Below are positions 1-9,493 of a DNA stretch of 64,000 nt, one piece after another. The first letter of the stretch is position 1, and the number at the start of each line of letters is the position of its first letter. Location of the stretch: positions 12,940-76,939 of the forward strand of contig DATGZQ010000019.1 in NCBI GenBank assembly GCA_035297125.1, given 5' to 3'. Made by a program: the position numbers and the translations under genes. The notes beneath the pieces were generated by a model. The model did not search any database, was not told the DNA's origin, and saw nothing but the letters and a program-made list of their open reading frames with translations. Source of the DNA: Thermoplasmata archaeon (GTDB taxonomy: Archaea > Thermoplasmatota > Thermoplasmata > Lutacidiplasmatales > UBA184).

Positions 1-112
1 GCGGGTCGTAAATACCGCAGGGGATGTCGCAATGGGCGTAGACCGTCGTGGGGGGTCGGATCGCGTCCCGGGCCCCTAGGACCCCGTCGCGGAATCGAGA
101 GTAGGCCGACAT
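1..112 (-). CDS. sodN: Nickel superoxide dismutase precursor, N-terminal part (runs off window edge)
   Basis: Manual translation from ATG at 112: MSAYSRFRDGVLGARDAIRPPTTVYA-HCDIPCGIYDP. This is the Ni-hook motif HCDxPCGxYDP after a 26-aa leader. Not in the ORF track. Confidence 0.93.
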   Translation of the reverse strand, partial: MSAYSRFRDGVLGARDAIRPPTTVYAHCDIPCGIYDP

Positions 113-142
113 GGCGGGCAGTATCCGGGACGGTGGATAACG

Positions 143-577
143 TTGCCGAGGGGAGAGAGCGCGGCCGGGGAGAAGGAGGCCGCAGAGACAGGGACGCTGC
201 GGCGCAAATGGCGAAGCCGTCGTGTGGTCGTCGAGGACGAATCGATGCTCCCGGCACTGCGCCCGGGCGACCGGCTCCTGGTGGACCCAACGTACTATCG
301 GGGGCGACGGCCCGCCCGCGGGGACGTCGTCGTGCTCCGGGACCCGGAGCGGCCCGGACGGCTTCTCGTGAAGCGGGTCGGCGCGACGGAGGGCGAGCCG
401 GATCCGTCCGGGGCCCCGGTCCCATCCGGTACCCTCTACCTCATCGGGGACGACCCGGCCCGCAGCCGGGACAGCCGGTCGTTCGGCCCTGTGCCCCTCA
501 ACGGCCTCGTCGGGCGCGTCTGGTTCCGTTACGCTCCCGGGGACCGAAGGGGCCCCGTGAACGGGGAACGACACTAG
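143..577 (+). CDS. sodX: S26-family peptidase, NiSOD maturation protease (start uncertain)
   Basis: ESMLPALRPGD (Ser), LVKRV (Lys) and GDDPARSRDSRSFG boxes; no TM helix; divergent from sodN. Confidence 0.85.
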   Translation: MPRGESAAGEKEAAETGTLRRKWRSRRVVVEDESMLPALRPGDRLLVDPTYYRGRRPARGDVVVLRDPERPGRLLVKRVGATEGEPDPSGAPVPSGTLYLIGDDPARSRDSRSFGPVPLNGLVGRVWFRYAPGDRRGPVNGERH

Positions 578-614
578 GCGACCGGGTCGCCGCCCGGCGC
601 GCCGACGCCGCCCC

Positions 615-1055
615 CTACTCCACGAGCGATTGCCAGTGCCCGATCCATTCCTTCGCGTGCTCGACCTGCGGGCGAGCGGTCCGGACCCGGTCGTACGCCT
701 CGTCGAGGGTCAACTGGGAGAAGCGGTGCAGGTACCAGGCGGCACCCAGCGGCCCCCGGCGCACCCCATGGCCGCAGAACACGAGGACCGGGGATCCGCC
801 TGAGCGGGCCCGCTCTATCCGCCGGGCCAGGACCTCCAGGTTCTCGACGATAGGAGCGTCCCGGACGCCGTCGTAGATCGGGACGTGGATCGCCCCCGGC
901 AACCCCTCGGGAGGCTCTTCCCGAACGCAGAACTTCGTTCCGGTGAACCGGACCGCGTCGTTCCAGCCGCCGACGAAGACGCCCGGGGCGATCTCCGAGG
1001 GACTCGTGAGCTCCCGCTTCGGGGTCCGCTTCGCCGGCGAGTTCGGGGGCGCCAT
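615..1055 (-). CDS. Dual-specificity/protein-tyrosine phosphatase family protein
   Basis: EIAPGVFVGG N-terminus and VLVFCGHGVRRG CX5R loop. Confidence 0.85.
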   Translation of the reverse strand: MAPPNSPAKRTPKRELTSPSEIAPGVFVGGWNDAVRFTGTKFCVREEPPEGLPGAIHVPIYDGVRDAPIVENLEVLARRIERARSGGSPVLVFCGHGVRRGPLGAAWYLHRFSQLTLDEAYDRVRTARPQVEHAKEWIGHWQSLVE

Positions 1056-1074
1056 CGCTCGGTCGACCGGTCGC

Positions 1075-2073
1075 CTAGTCCCGGACTCCCTCGGTCGTGA
1101 GCGAGAAGACCGCCTCCCCTTCGGGGAGGTTGGGAGAGTCGATCAAGCGGGCGATCCTCCGCGGAGGCTTCGACTTCCGCAGGTAGATCCGGTAGGTGGC
1201 CGCGTGCGCGACGATGTTCCCGCCGATCGGGCGGGTCGGGTCGCCGAACAGGATGTCGGGGCGGGCGGAGACCTGGTTGGTGACGACGATCGCCGCGTTG
1301 TACATGTCGGCGAAGCGAAGGAGCTCGTGGAGGTGCCGGTTGAGATGCTGCTGGCGGGGCGCCAGCTCGGCCCGTCCCATGTATTCGGAGCGGAAGTGGG
1401 AGGTGAGCGAATCGACCACGAGCAGGCGAATCGGCCTCTCGCGCGCGAGCTCCTGGGCCCGCTGGACGAGCAGCATCTGGTGGTTGGAGTTGTACGCGCG
1501 CGCGACGTGGATCTTCTCGAGCGCGGCGGCCGGGTCCATCCCGACGCCCTTCGCCATGTCGACGATCCGCTCGGGGCGGAACGTCGATTCCGTGTCGATG
1601 TAGACGACCTCGCCCAAGAGGCCCCCTTGGGCGACTGGGAGCTGGATGTCGACCGCGATCTGGTGGGCGATCTGGGTCTTCCCCGTTCCGAACTCGCCGG
1701 AGAATTCGGTGATCGCCTGGGTCTCCACGCCGCCGCCGAGGAGCTCGTCCAGCGCCTTCGCGTTGGTCGTTACCCGGCCGAGGCGCTTCCGCCGTTCCAG
1801 CACCGTCGACCCGCTCTCGAACCCCCCGACGTCCGCGCGCCGTCGGGCCTCTCCGATGATCTTCTGCGCGATCGCGACCCCGATCTCCGCGGCCTCCGCG
1901 ACGTCGCCGGGGGAGGCGACCGCGAGCTCCATCAGGTCGGTGTATCCGGACTCGCGGAGCTTCTCGGCGATGGTCGGTCCGACCCCGGGGAGGTCCTCGA
2001 GGGCGACCGTCACTCGGGGTTCGGTCGCGGGGCCAGGGGTCTCGGCGGGTCGCGTGGCGGTCTTTGCGGGCAC
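1075..2073 (-). CDS. radA: DNA repair and recombination protein RadA
   Basis: N-terminal HhH (LEDLPGVGP), GFESG polymerisation-like motif, Walker A GEFGTGKT, Walker [17 protein letters not shown]. Confidence 0.97.
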   Translation of the reverse strand: MPAKTATRPAETPGPATEPRVTVALEDLPGVGPTIAEKLRESGYTDLMELAVASPGDVAEAAEIGVAIAQKIIGEARRRADVGGFESGSTVLERRKRLGRVTTNAKALDELLGGGVETQAITEFSGEFGTGKTQIAHQIAVDIQLPVAQGGLLGEVVYIDTESTFRPERIVDMAKGVGMDPAAALEKIHVARAYNSNHQMLLVQRAQELARERPIRLLVVDSLTSHFRSEYMGRAELAPRQQHLNRHLHELLRFADMYNAAIVVTNQVSARPDILFGDPTRPIGGNIVAHAATYRIYLRKSKPPRRIARLIDSPNLPEGEAVFSLTTEGVRD

Positions 2074-2142
2074 ACCGGGTCGACCGGGCCTCGGGGAGAT
2101 AAGGGTGCGGGGAGAGGTCGCGAAACGCCGGGGGATGCGTCC

Positions 2143-3102
2143 CTACGCGGTCGCGGCCTTGGGGGCGAACGGTTCCCCCGTCAGCCGCTGATAGACGGTC
2201 GTGTAGAGCCGGCTCACCTCGTCCACGAGGAGGGGCGGGAGCGGCGCGATGGGCGGCTCCTCCGTCTTCGCCTCGCGCGCGCGCACGAGACGGTCGTAGT
2301 AGCCGCTCTGACGGTAGTGCTGCCGGACGAACTCCTTCGAGAAGTCGACCTGCCGGCCGCGCTCGTAGGCACCCTTGTCCCAGAACCGGTCCTCGTCGGC
2401 GGTCCCGAACGTGTCGACGACCCGCGGGACCCCCTCGGCATCGATCCCGAACTCCTTCTTCCCGTCGACGTGGAGGAGACCGCGCGGGCCAATCTCGGCC
2501 TGCATCGCGCTGTCGAGCTTCAGGATCGTCTCCCGGATGGTGTCGAGCTGCGCGCGGTCCAACGCTGCAAGCTCGAGCGCCTCCTCGATCGTGAGCAGAC
2601 GGTCGACCGGCTCGAGCTTCGTCGTGACCTCGAAGTGGGGCTCGGGGAGCTCCATGCCGTAGACGAGCGTCCGGTCGGCCCTGAACCCGAGATCGCGCCC
2701 CGAGACCTTGCCAGCCTGGACGCGGTCCCACATCGAGCCGGCGAGATAGTAGCGTACGATCAGCTCGAGCGGCACGAGGTAGTCCTTCGGCCGGGGCCCG
2801 AGCGTCCGGGGCTTGGGAACGACGCGGACCCGACGGACCCGCATCGACGTGGGGCCGCTCAGGCGAAGGAAGTGGTGCGGGATGTTCATCCGGGAGCAGA
2901 GGGCGAACCAGTGGGACGCGGTGCGGGCGAGCGTCTCGCCCTTGAACGGGATCTCGCTCGGGATGTGCTTGTCGAACACGGAGATGTCGTTCGTGAAGCG
3001 GAACTCGAGCTCGGTCGGCGAGATCTCGTAGACCTCCTTCACCTTCCCACGGCGAAGGAACTTCGGTTCCGGCGAGGCCGGGGCAGCGGTCGTCTTGGCC
3101 AT
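2143..3102 (-). CDS. purC: SAICAR synthetase
   Basis: RGKVKEVY, ISVFD, IPFKG, DGKKEFG, DEDRFWD and SKEFVR motifs. Confidence 0.95.
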   Translation of the reverse strand: MAKTTAAPASPEPKFLRRGKVKEVYEISPTELEFRFTNDISVFDKHIPSEIPFKGETLARTASHWFALCSRMNIPHHFLRLSGPTSMRVRRVRVVPKPRTLGPRPKDYLVPLELIVRYYLAGSMWDRVQAGKVSGRDLGFRADRTLVYGMELPEPHFEVTTKLEPVDRLLTIEEALELAALDRAQLDTIRETILKLDSAMQAEIGPRGLLHVDGKKEFGIDAEGVPRVVDTFGTADEDRFWDKGAYERGRQVDFSKEFVRQHYRQSGYYDRLVRAREAKTEEPPIAPLPPLLVDEVSRLYTTVYQRLTGEPFAPKAATA

Positions 3103-3155
3103 GCCGGCCGAGGAGGACGGGCCCGCTTAAGGTTCGCGGAGGACGGGCCAGAACG

Positions 3156-3695
3156 CTACAGCGAGCGCGCGTGGATGGAGGTGATCGGGCGGAACCCGCG
3201 CTTCGCGTAGAACCGGCCGGCGATCTCGTTCTGTGCCGGGAACTCGGCGGTCACGACGCCGGCGCCCTTCGCCTTCAGCGCCACCGAGACCTCGCGCAGT
3301 AGGTACTCCCCGACCCCGCGACGCCGGTAGAGCGGCAGGAGGTAGATGTCGAGGATGACGCCCTCGAACTCGGGGGTGTAGAACGGCCGCTCGCGGACGA
3401 GGGCCCGGACGAACCCTACGACCTTGTTCTTGTCGGCCCCGACCCCTTCGGCCGCGAGCACGACCGCCTTCGGGTCGGCGATCTGCGCGCGAAAGACGGT
3501 GCGGCTCTGCTCTTCCGCGTCGTCGCGGACCTTGAGCAACGGGTCGAACTCCTCGTTCAACCGCTTGAGGCGCAAGAGGAGCGGGATGAGCGCGGGGATG
3601 TCCGCGACGACCGCCGGTCGGAGGTGGATCGGCGGCGTTCCCCCGTCCGCGCCCGAGGCGCTCGAGGCGTGGGAGCCCGTCTCGTCGGGGGTCAT
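3156..3695 (-). CDS. GNAT-family N-acetyltransferase
   Basis: YRRRGVG acetyl-CoA motif A; N..A..FYAKRGF motif B. Confidence 0.88.
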   Translation of the reverse strand: MTPDETGSHASSASGADGGTPPIHLRPAVVADIPALIPLLLRLKRLNEEFDPLLKVRDDAEEQSRTVFRAQIADPKAVVLAAEGVGADKNKVVGFVRALVRERPFYTPEFEGVILDIYLLPLYRRRGVGEYLLREVSVALKAKGAGVVTAEFPAQNEIAGRFYAKRGFRPITSIHARSL

Positions 3696-5131
3696 GTCGC
3701 CCTCCGGCGTCCGATCGAGCCGCGGGGCATCGGTGCGGTCAGGTGCGCCCGCGCGAGCGTCCGGACCAGGCGGGACGGGCGCACCATGATCGTCCGCGCC
3801 CGCTCGAGGAACTCCTCGTGCGAGAGCTTCTTCCGCGCGACCCCGAGGCGGACGGTGGCGTCCGCGACCGCAGCCGCGACCTCGGGGAACACTTCGGGCT
3901 CTTCCATCGTGGGCAGGATGTGATGCACGTTCATTCCCTTTCGCTCCGCCGCCTTCGCGAGCTCGCGCGCCGCGGCGATGACGACCTCGTCCGAGATCGA
4001 CCGGGCCCGTGCGTCGAGCACGCCCCGGAAGACCGCCGGAAAGATCAGCGAGTTGTTTACCTGGTTCGGGAAGTCACTGCGTCCCGTCGCGACGATCGCC
4101 GCGCCCGCGGCGCGGGCGACGTCCGGCCATATCTCGGGAACCGGGTTCGCGAGCGCGAAGACGATCGGGTCACGGTTCATCGCTCGCACATGGTCGGGTC
4201 GGACGGTTCCGGGGATCGGGGTCGACGCGGCGATCAGAACGTCCGCTCCTTCGATCGCGCGGGCGAAGTCGCCCGTACGTCCACCGCCGTTCGTCTTGAG
4301 TGCGAGCCGGTACTTCCACGGGTTGCGGACGGAGAGCTCGTCGACGTCGTCCCGCTCGGCGTGCAGGACCCCCTTCTGGTCGACCAGGGTCAGCTTGTGC
4401 GGGTCGTGGCCGAGGGTGATCAGGATCCGGGCGGTGACGAGGTTCGCCGCGCCCGCGCCCAGGAGCACAGTGCGCGTCTCCTTGACGGACCGTCGGGTGA
4501 GCGTGAGGGCGTTGATCAGGCCCGCGACCGTCGCGGCCGCCGTGCCCAGCTGGTCGTCGTGCCAGACCGGGATCTCGAGCCGCTTCGTGAGCTCCTCGAG
4601 GATCGCGAAGCACTTCGGCGAGGCGATGTCCTCCAGGTTGATCCCGCCGAACGCGGGGGAGATCCCCTCGACCGTGTTCATGAACTCGGCCGGGCTCGAG
4701 GCCTGGATCGGTATGGGGATCGCGTCGACCCCGCCCAGGAACTTGAACAGGAGCGCCTTCCCCTCCATCACGGGGAGGGCAGCGGCAGGACCGACGTTCC
4801 CAAGCCCGAGGACCCGTGTCCCGTCGGTCGCGATCGCGACGGTGTTCCAGCGACCGGTCAGCTCGAAAACGAGATCCGGGTCGGCGTGGATCGCCCGCGA
4901 CACCTCCGCTACGCCCGGCGAGTACCAGAGCGAGAAGTCGTGCATCGAGCGTACCGGGACCTTGGGAACGGTCTCGATCTTCCCGCCGTAGAACCGGGAC
5001 AGTTCCACGGCGCGACGCCCGAGAAGGTCGGTCTGGTCCTCGCGGCGTTTCTCGATCGTTTCTTCGCTTGTGAGGGTCCGGCGCCGGCCAACTCGGTGGG
5101 GCGGATGGGGAGCCGCCACGCTCTCCGCCAT
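3692..5131 (-). CDS. NAD(P)-dependent malic enzyme
   Basis: YSPGVA, DGTRVLGLGN, MEGKALLFK, NLEDI, HDDQLGT, GAGAA, TGRSDFPNQVNN. Confidence 0.95.
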   Translation of the reverse strand: MAESVAAPHPPHRVGRRRTLTSEETIEKRREDQTDLLGRRAVELSRFYGGKIETVPKVPVRSMHDFSLWYSPGVAEVSRAIHADPDLVFELTGRWNTVAIATDGTRVLGLGNVGPAAALPVMEGKALLFKFLGGVDAIPIPIQASSPAEFMNTVEGISPAFGGINLEDIASPKCFAILEELTKRLEIPVWHDDQLGTAAATVAGLINALTLTRRSVKETRTVLLGAGAANLVTARILITLGHDPHKLTLVDQKGVLHAERDDVDELSVRNPWKYRLALKTNGGGRTGDFARAIEGADVLIAASTPIPGTVRPDHVRAMNRDPIVFALANPVPEIWPDVARAAGAAIVATGRSDFPNQVNNSLIFPAVFRGVLDARARSISDEVVIAAARELAKAAERKGMNVHHILPTMEEPEVFPEVAAAVADATVRLGVARKKLSHEEFLERARTIMVRPSRLVRTLARAHLTAPMPRGSIGRRRAT

Positions 5132-5376
5132 CGGTAGAGGTCGGACCGGGGACCGAGCTATTTACTCTTTGGTGAAGTCGACCGGCGTCTTCGGAAATCG
5201 CCGGAGGATTCGGCCGCAGGGAGGACCTGCCATCGTCGGTTCCGATGCGGCTCCGGATCCCGAGGCGGACCCGGCCCCGGGAAGCCTCCTTGTTCGCCGC
5301 GCAACATCGTTTCCCACTCTGCAGACCGCGGTTTGAGAGCGACGGTTAAGGACCCCACCCTGCTCGGGGCCGCGCC

Positions 5377-6348
5377 ATGATCGTCCATGCCGGTCTGACC
5401 GGCGCGTTCCCGCGTACGGAGGGACTCGTCCGCGCCACCCGCGACCTCGACCGCGGCCGGGCGAGCCCGGATTCGGTCGAGGCTCTCTTCCGTACGAGCG
5501 AGCTCGAGGTGGTCGCGCTCGAGCGGCGTCTCGGTTTCTCGACCGTCACGGCCGGCTACCTGCGCTGGCCCGACCTCTTCCGCGCGTTCGCCGAGACCTG
5601 GGAGGGATTCTCCGTCGGACCCCTTACCCGGTGGTTCGAGACGAACACGTTCTACCGCCAGCCAGTCCTCTTCTCCCCGCCGCTTAGGGTCCCCGGAGCG
5701 TTCGCAGCGAGAATTCCGGCTCCGCTCAGGGCCGAGCCCGCCTCCGCCCGCATCCTCCTGCCGGGCCCCTACACGTTCGCGGGGCTCCTCGAGAACCGCT
5801 CGGGGGAGACCGATTCCGCGCTCGTCCACCGGCTCGGCCGCCTACTCGCCGACGAGGTGCGCGAGCTCCGCGGGCTCGGGTTCTCGACCTTCCAGTTCAC
5901 CGAGCCGCTCCTGGTCGTCCGTCCCCCCGACGGCCCTCACGCCGAGGCGGTCGTCGAGGCGTACGGGTCGATCTCCAAGGCGCTCCACGGGGGAACCTCC
6001 ATCGTCTGGACGTTCGGAAAGGACGCGCTCCCCGCGCTCCGGATCCTCGACCGGCTTCCGGCCTCGGTGGTCGGGATCGACCTCGCCGACACCGACGTCG
6101 ATCGGCTCCCGGCCGGAGGCCAGGTACCGGCGCTCGGCCTGGGCGTACTCGACCCCAGGACCACGCTGCCCGAGGACCCGGCCGAGGTCGTGCGCGTCGT
6201 CCGGGTCGCCGCGGAGCGGCGCGGTGCAAAGACGGTCTGGCTCGGGCCCGGTGCTTCGCTCGACCTCCTGCCCCCGGAACCTGCGACCCGAAAGCTCGAG
6301 GTCCTCTCCACGGTCCAACGCACGCTCTCGGAAGGAGGAAAGCCGTGA
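5377..6348 (+). CDS. Split cobalamin-independent methionine synthase, N-terminal-like (non-catalytic) subunit
   Basis: GAFPR, RWFETNTFYRQP and LPGPYT motifs; no Zn ligands; GTGA overlap with the catalytic subunit. Confidence 0.8.
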   Translation: MIVHAGLTGAFPRTEGLVRATRDLDRGRASPDSVEALFRTSELEVVALERRLGFSTVTAGYLRWPDLFRAFAETWEGFSVGPLTRWFETNTFYRQPVLFSPPLRVPGAFAARIPAPLRAEPASARILLPGPYTFAGLLENRSGETDSALVHRLGRLLADEVRELRGLGFSTFQFTEPLLVVRPPDGPHAEAVVEAYGSISKALHGGTSIVWTFGKDALPALRILDRLPASVVGIDLADTDVDRLPAGGQVPALGLGVLDPRTTLPEDPAEVVRVVRVAAERRGAKTVWLGPGASLDLLPPEPATRKLEVLSTVQRTLSEGGKP

Positions 6349-7487
6349 CCGAACGCCTCTTCCCGGCCCAGGAGATCGGAAGCCTGGCGAGACCCCGCTG
6401 GCAGCTCCTTGGCCAGCGCGGCGAGGCGCTCGACGACGCGGCCCGCGCCGAGTTCGAATCGTGGGACCGGCGGCTGAAGTTCGCTGCGGAGCTCCCCGCC
6501 GCCCGGGATGCCCTTCTCGCCGGGAAGACGAAGGGACCCGGGGCCGAGGCCGTGCGCGACCTCGCGGCCCTCTTCGCCATCCGGTACCTCGAGTCGGCCG
6601 GCCTTGAGCGCATCTACGACGGGGAGGCCCGGCGGGTCGAGATGTACGAGCACCCCGTCCGGCAGATGCAGGGATTCCAGTTCCAGGGGCACGTCCGCTC
6701 GTTCGACTCGAAGTACTACCTCAAGGCTGCGATCGTCGAGCCGGTTCGCCTCGACAAGCCGTTCGACGTCGACGAATTCGACTTCGTCCGCAAGCACGCC
6801 CACGCCGTCCCGAAGATCCCCGTCACGGGCCCGTACACGCTTGCGGACTGGTCGTTCAACGAGTACTACCTCGCCCGCCAGAAGGGCTGGAAGGGCCGCA
6901 GCGCACGTCGCTCGGCGCAGCGAGAGTTCGTGGTCGACCTCGCGAAGAACGCGATCCGCCCGACCCTCCGGGCGCTGATCGACCGTGGCTGCAAGGTCAT
7001 CCAGATCGACGAGCCGGCCGCGGGCACCCATCCGGACGAGACGGCGCTCGTGGTCGAGGGGTTCAACGCTGCGACCGAGGGACTGGACGCCGAGTTCTCG
7101 ATGCACATCTGCTACTCGGAGTACCGCGACCTCCTGCCCGCGCTGCTCGAGGCCAAGCGCTGCACCCAGTGGGCGTGGGAGTTCGCCAACCGCGACTCGG
7201 AGGGTCACGACGGCTACGAGGTGCTCCGGGCGCTCAAGGAGTACGGGGACACGCGCTCGATCGGCCTCGGGGTAGTCGACGTCCATCGTGACCCCGTGGA
7301 GGCGCCCAGTGTGGTCGCGGACCGGATCCGCCGCGCGTCCAAGTACCTCGGCGACCCTTCGCGCATCTGGGTGAACCCCGACTGCGGGCTGCGGACGCGG
7401 AGCCTCGAGGTTGCGCACGCGAAGCTGCGCGCGGTCGTCGAGGGAGCCGCCCTCGCCCGGGCCGAGCTCTCGAAGCCCGGCCGCTAG
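6345..7487 (+). CDS. metE: Cobalamin-independent methionine synthase, catalytic Zn subunit
   Basis: IGSLARP, TGPYTL, IQIDEP, HICYS and NPDCGLR (H/C/C Zn ligands). Confidence 0.9.
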   Translation: MTERLFPAQEIGSLARPRWQLLGQRGEALDDAARAEFESWDRRLKFAAELPAARDALLAGKTKGPGAEAVRDLAALFAIRYLESAGLERIYDGEARRVEMYEHPVRQMQGFQFQGHVRSFDSKYYLKAAIVEPVRLDKPFDVDEFDFVRKHAHAVPKIPVTGPYTLADWSFNEYYLARQKGWKGRSARRSAQREFVVDLAKNAIRPTLRALIDRGCKVIQIDEPAAGTHPDETALVVEGFNAATEGLDAEFSMHICYSEYRDLLPALLEAKRCTQWAWEFANRDSEGHDGYEVLRALKEYGDTRSIGLGVVDVHRDPVEAPSVVADRIRRASKYLGDPSRIWVNPDCGLRTRSLEVAHAKLRAVVEGAALARAELSKPGR

Positions 7488-8386
7488 GGCGGGTTCGGCG
7501 ACGCGACCGAGAGGACCTCGGCGCCCGAGGGTCCGACCAGCACCGTGTGTTCGGCCTGCGCGACGAGTCCCCCCGCCCGTTCGAGAAAGACCGGGTAGGC
7601 CTGCAGGGTGCGCCGGGCGCGCTCGAGCGCCTCCCGCTCCTCGTCGGTCTTCGCCCAGCGGGCGGTGAACGGCAGCGTGTGGAACCGGCCGAACAGTCCG
7701 GTGAGCACAAGGTCGCTCGCCGGCGGCGCCCGGCGGAACCGGAGGATGTGGCCGAACGGCCCGTTGTCGATCCGGCCGACCCCGTTGGTGGCGAACGGCT
7801 CGATCGCCACGATCTCCCCCTCCACGAACGTTGCGTCCGTCATCCCGGGGACGTTCGGGATGGATTTCCCGGCGTGCAGCACGTATCGGTCGATGGTGTG
7901 CCCGGTGAGGTCGACCACGGGCTTCAGCCCGCGGGCCCGGATCGCACCGGCGACCGCCTGGCTCACGTCGTCCACGTCCCCCCCGGGCCGGACCGCGGCG
8001 ATCCCCGCGGCGAGCGCGTCGTGGACGGCCCGTACGAGGTGGGCGTTCCGGTGCCCGCCCCCGACCTCGACGGTGTCGGCGGTATCCGCGACAGCGCCTT
8101 CGATGTGGGCCCCCACGTCGATCTTCAGGAGGTCGCCCTCAACCAGCACCGCCTCGTCGCCGGCGTCCGGGGTGTAGTGGGCCGCCTCGACGTTCCGGGA
8201 GAGGTTCGCGGGGAAGGCAGGCTGGGCGCCGTGGTCGCGAATGTACGATTCGATCGCCTCGGCGATATCACGTCGGCGGGCTCCCGGGACCGCCAGGCCC
8301 AGACCGAGCTCTCGGGCGTCCGCGGCGATGCGCGCCGCCTCGCGCCAGCGGTCGAGGTCCGGCGGGTACTGGGTCGCGGGCGTCAT
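7484..8386 (-). CDS. map: Type II methionine aminopeptidase (start corrected to ATG 8386)
   Basis: AFPAN, AAHYTP, KIDVGAHIEG..ADTA, LTGH, AIEPFAT, QAEHT. Confidence 0.95.
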   Translation of the reverse strand: MTPATQYPPDLDRWREAARIAADARELGLGLAVPGARRRDIAEAIESYIRDHGAQPAFPANLSRNVEAAHYTPDAGDEAVLVEGDLLKIDVGAHIEGAVADTADTVEVGGGHRNAHLVRAVHDALAAGIAAVRPGGDVDDVSQAVAGAIRARGLKPVVDLTGHTIDRYVLHAGKSIPNVPGMTDATFVEGEIVAIEPFATNGVGRIDNGPFGHILRFRRAPPASDLVLTGLFGRFHTLPFTARWAKTDEEREALERARRTLQAYPVFLERAGGLVAQAEHTVLVGPSGAEVLSVASPNPP

Positions 8387-8946
8387 CGACGGGCCCTCGT
8401 CCGCGGCTCCGGGCCCGTGAGATCCACGAGGGTCGAGGGAACGCCGCTCGGCGGAGGGCCCCCTCCGAGGTAGACCCGGACGTTCGCGCCGAACGCTTCC
8501 CAAGCGTCGGCGAGCGTCAAAACAGGCGGTTGCCCGTGCCGATTCGCGGACGTCGCCACGATCGGACCGGCGCCTCGGGCGAGCTCGCGCGCGACCGGAT
8601 GGGCCGGGACTCTCAGGCCGAGCGCCCGACCGCCAGCTACGGCGGGGGCCAACGACCTCTTCGCTCGGGGCGAGGGAGTCACGAGGATCGTGAACGGACC
8701 CGGCAGGTGCCGCCGGACCCATCGACGGCCCGAGGGAGAGAGGGCGGCGAGCGGCTCGATCTCCTCCACGGAGCTCACGGCGACCGACAACGGCTGGGTG
8801 CCCGAGCGTCCTTTCGCGCGTACGAGCCGGTTGACGGCTGCTCGGGAGGAGGCTCGCGCGGCCAACCCGAAGACCGTGTCCGTGGGGTACACGACGAGCG
8901 CGCCGGCCCCCAGCGCGCGGACCGCCTCCGCGACCGACCGGCCCAT
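8383..8946 (-). CDS. sua5: L-threonylcarbamoyladenylate synthase (Sua5/TsaC/YrdC, short form)
   Basis: YPTDTVFGL, KGR, PGPFT, LRVP and TSAN motifs. Confidence 0.92.
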   Translation of the reverse strand: MGRSVAEAVRALGAGALVVYPTDTVFGLAARASSRAAVNRLVRAKGRSGTQPLSVAVSSVEEIEPLAALSPSGRRWVRRHLPGPFTILVTPSPRAKRSLAPAVAGGRALGLRVPAHPVARELARGAGPIVATSANRHGQPPVLTLADAWEAFGANVRVYLGGGPPPSGVPSTLVDLTGPEPRTRARR

Positions 8947-8950
8947 CGAC

Positions 8951-9409
8951 CTAGAAGTACTCCTCGCCGACGCGGGAGTACGCGAGGTAATCGTCGGGCT
9001 GGAAGTAGAGCGCGAGCTCCCGCGCCGCAGACTCCGGAGAGTCGGAGGCGTGCACGAGGTTCGGCGTGATCCCGAGCGCGAGGTCGCCCCGAACGGTGCC
9101 GGGTGCGGCCAGCTGGGGGTTGGTCGTGCCGATCACCAGCCGGGTCACCGAGATCGCCGAGCGCCCCTCGAGGGCGAGCGCGACGATCGGCCCGGAGGTG
9201 AGATGCTGGATCAGTGCGGGGTAGAACGGCTTTCCCTGGTGCTCGGCGTAGTGCCGTTGTGCGAGCTCCGGCGCCACCCGGAGGGTCTTCGCGGCCACGA
9301 TCTTGAGCCCCTTTCGCTCGAACCGTCCGACGATCTCCCCCACCACTCCTCGCCGCACGCCGTCGGGCTTCACGAGGACGAGCGTGCGCTCGACGTTCCC
9401 CTCTGCCAT
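8951..9409 (-). CDS. ndk: Nucleoside diphosphate kinase
   Basis: ERTLVLVKPDGV, PGTVRGD, NLVHASDS. Confidence 0.98.
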   Translation of the reverse strand: MAEGNVERTLVLVKPDGVRRGVVGEIVGRFERKGLKIVAAKTLRVAPELAQRHYAEHQGKPFYPALIQHLTSGPIVALALEGRSAISVTRLVIGTTNPQLAAPGTVRGDLALGITPNLVHASDSPESAARELALYFQPDDYLAYSRVGEEYF

Positions 9410-9493
9410 CGGCTCGACCAGCCTACGGGCACGCTAAAGCTTTCGCGCCACCCCGAGAGCAGACCTCTTCATCCCGACCGGTTCGTCCGAGGC

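Noticed and set aside
943..3210. Long antisense or alternate-frame ORFs (e.g. 943..3210, 13958..16342, 36860..39076, 53744..55870)
   Set aside because: Shadow ORFs typical of very high GC DNA. They overlap well-supported genes and have no motifs.
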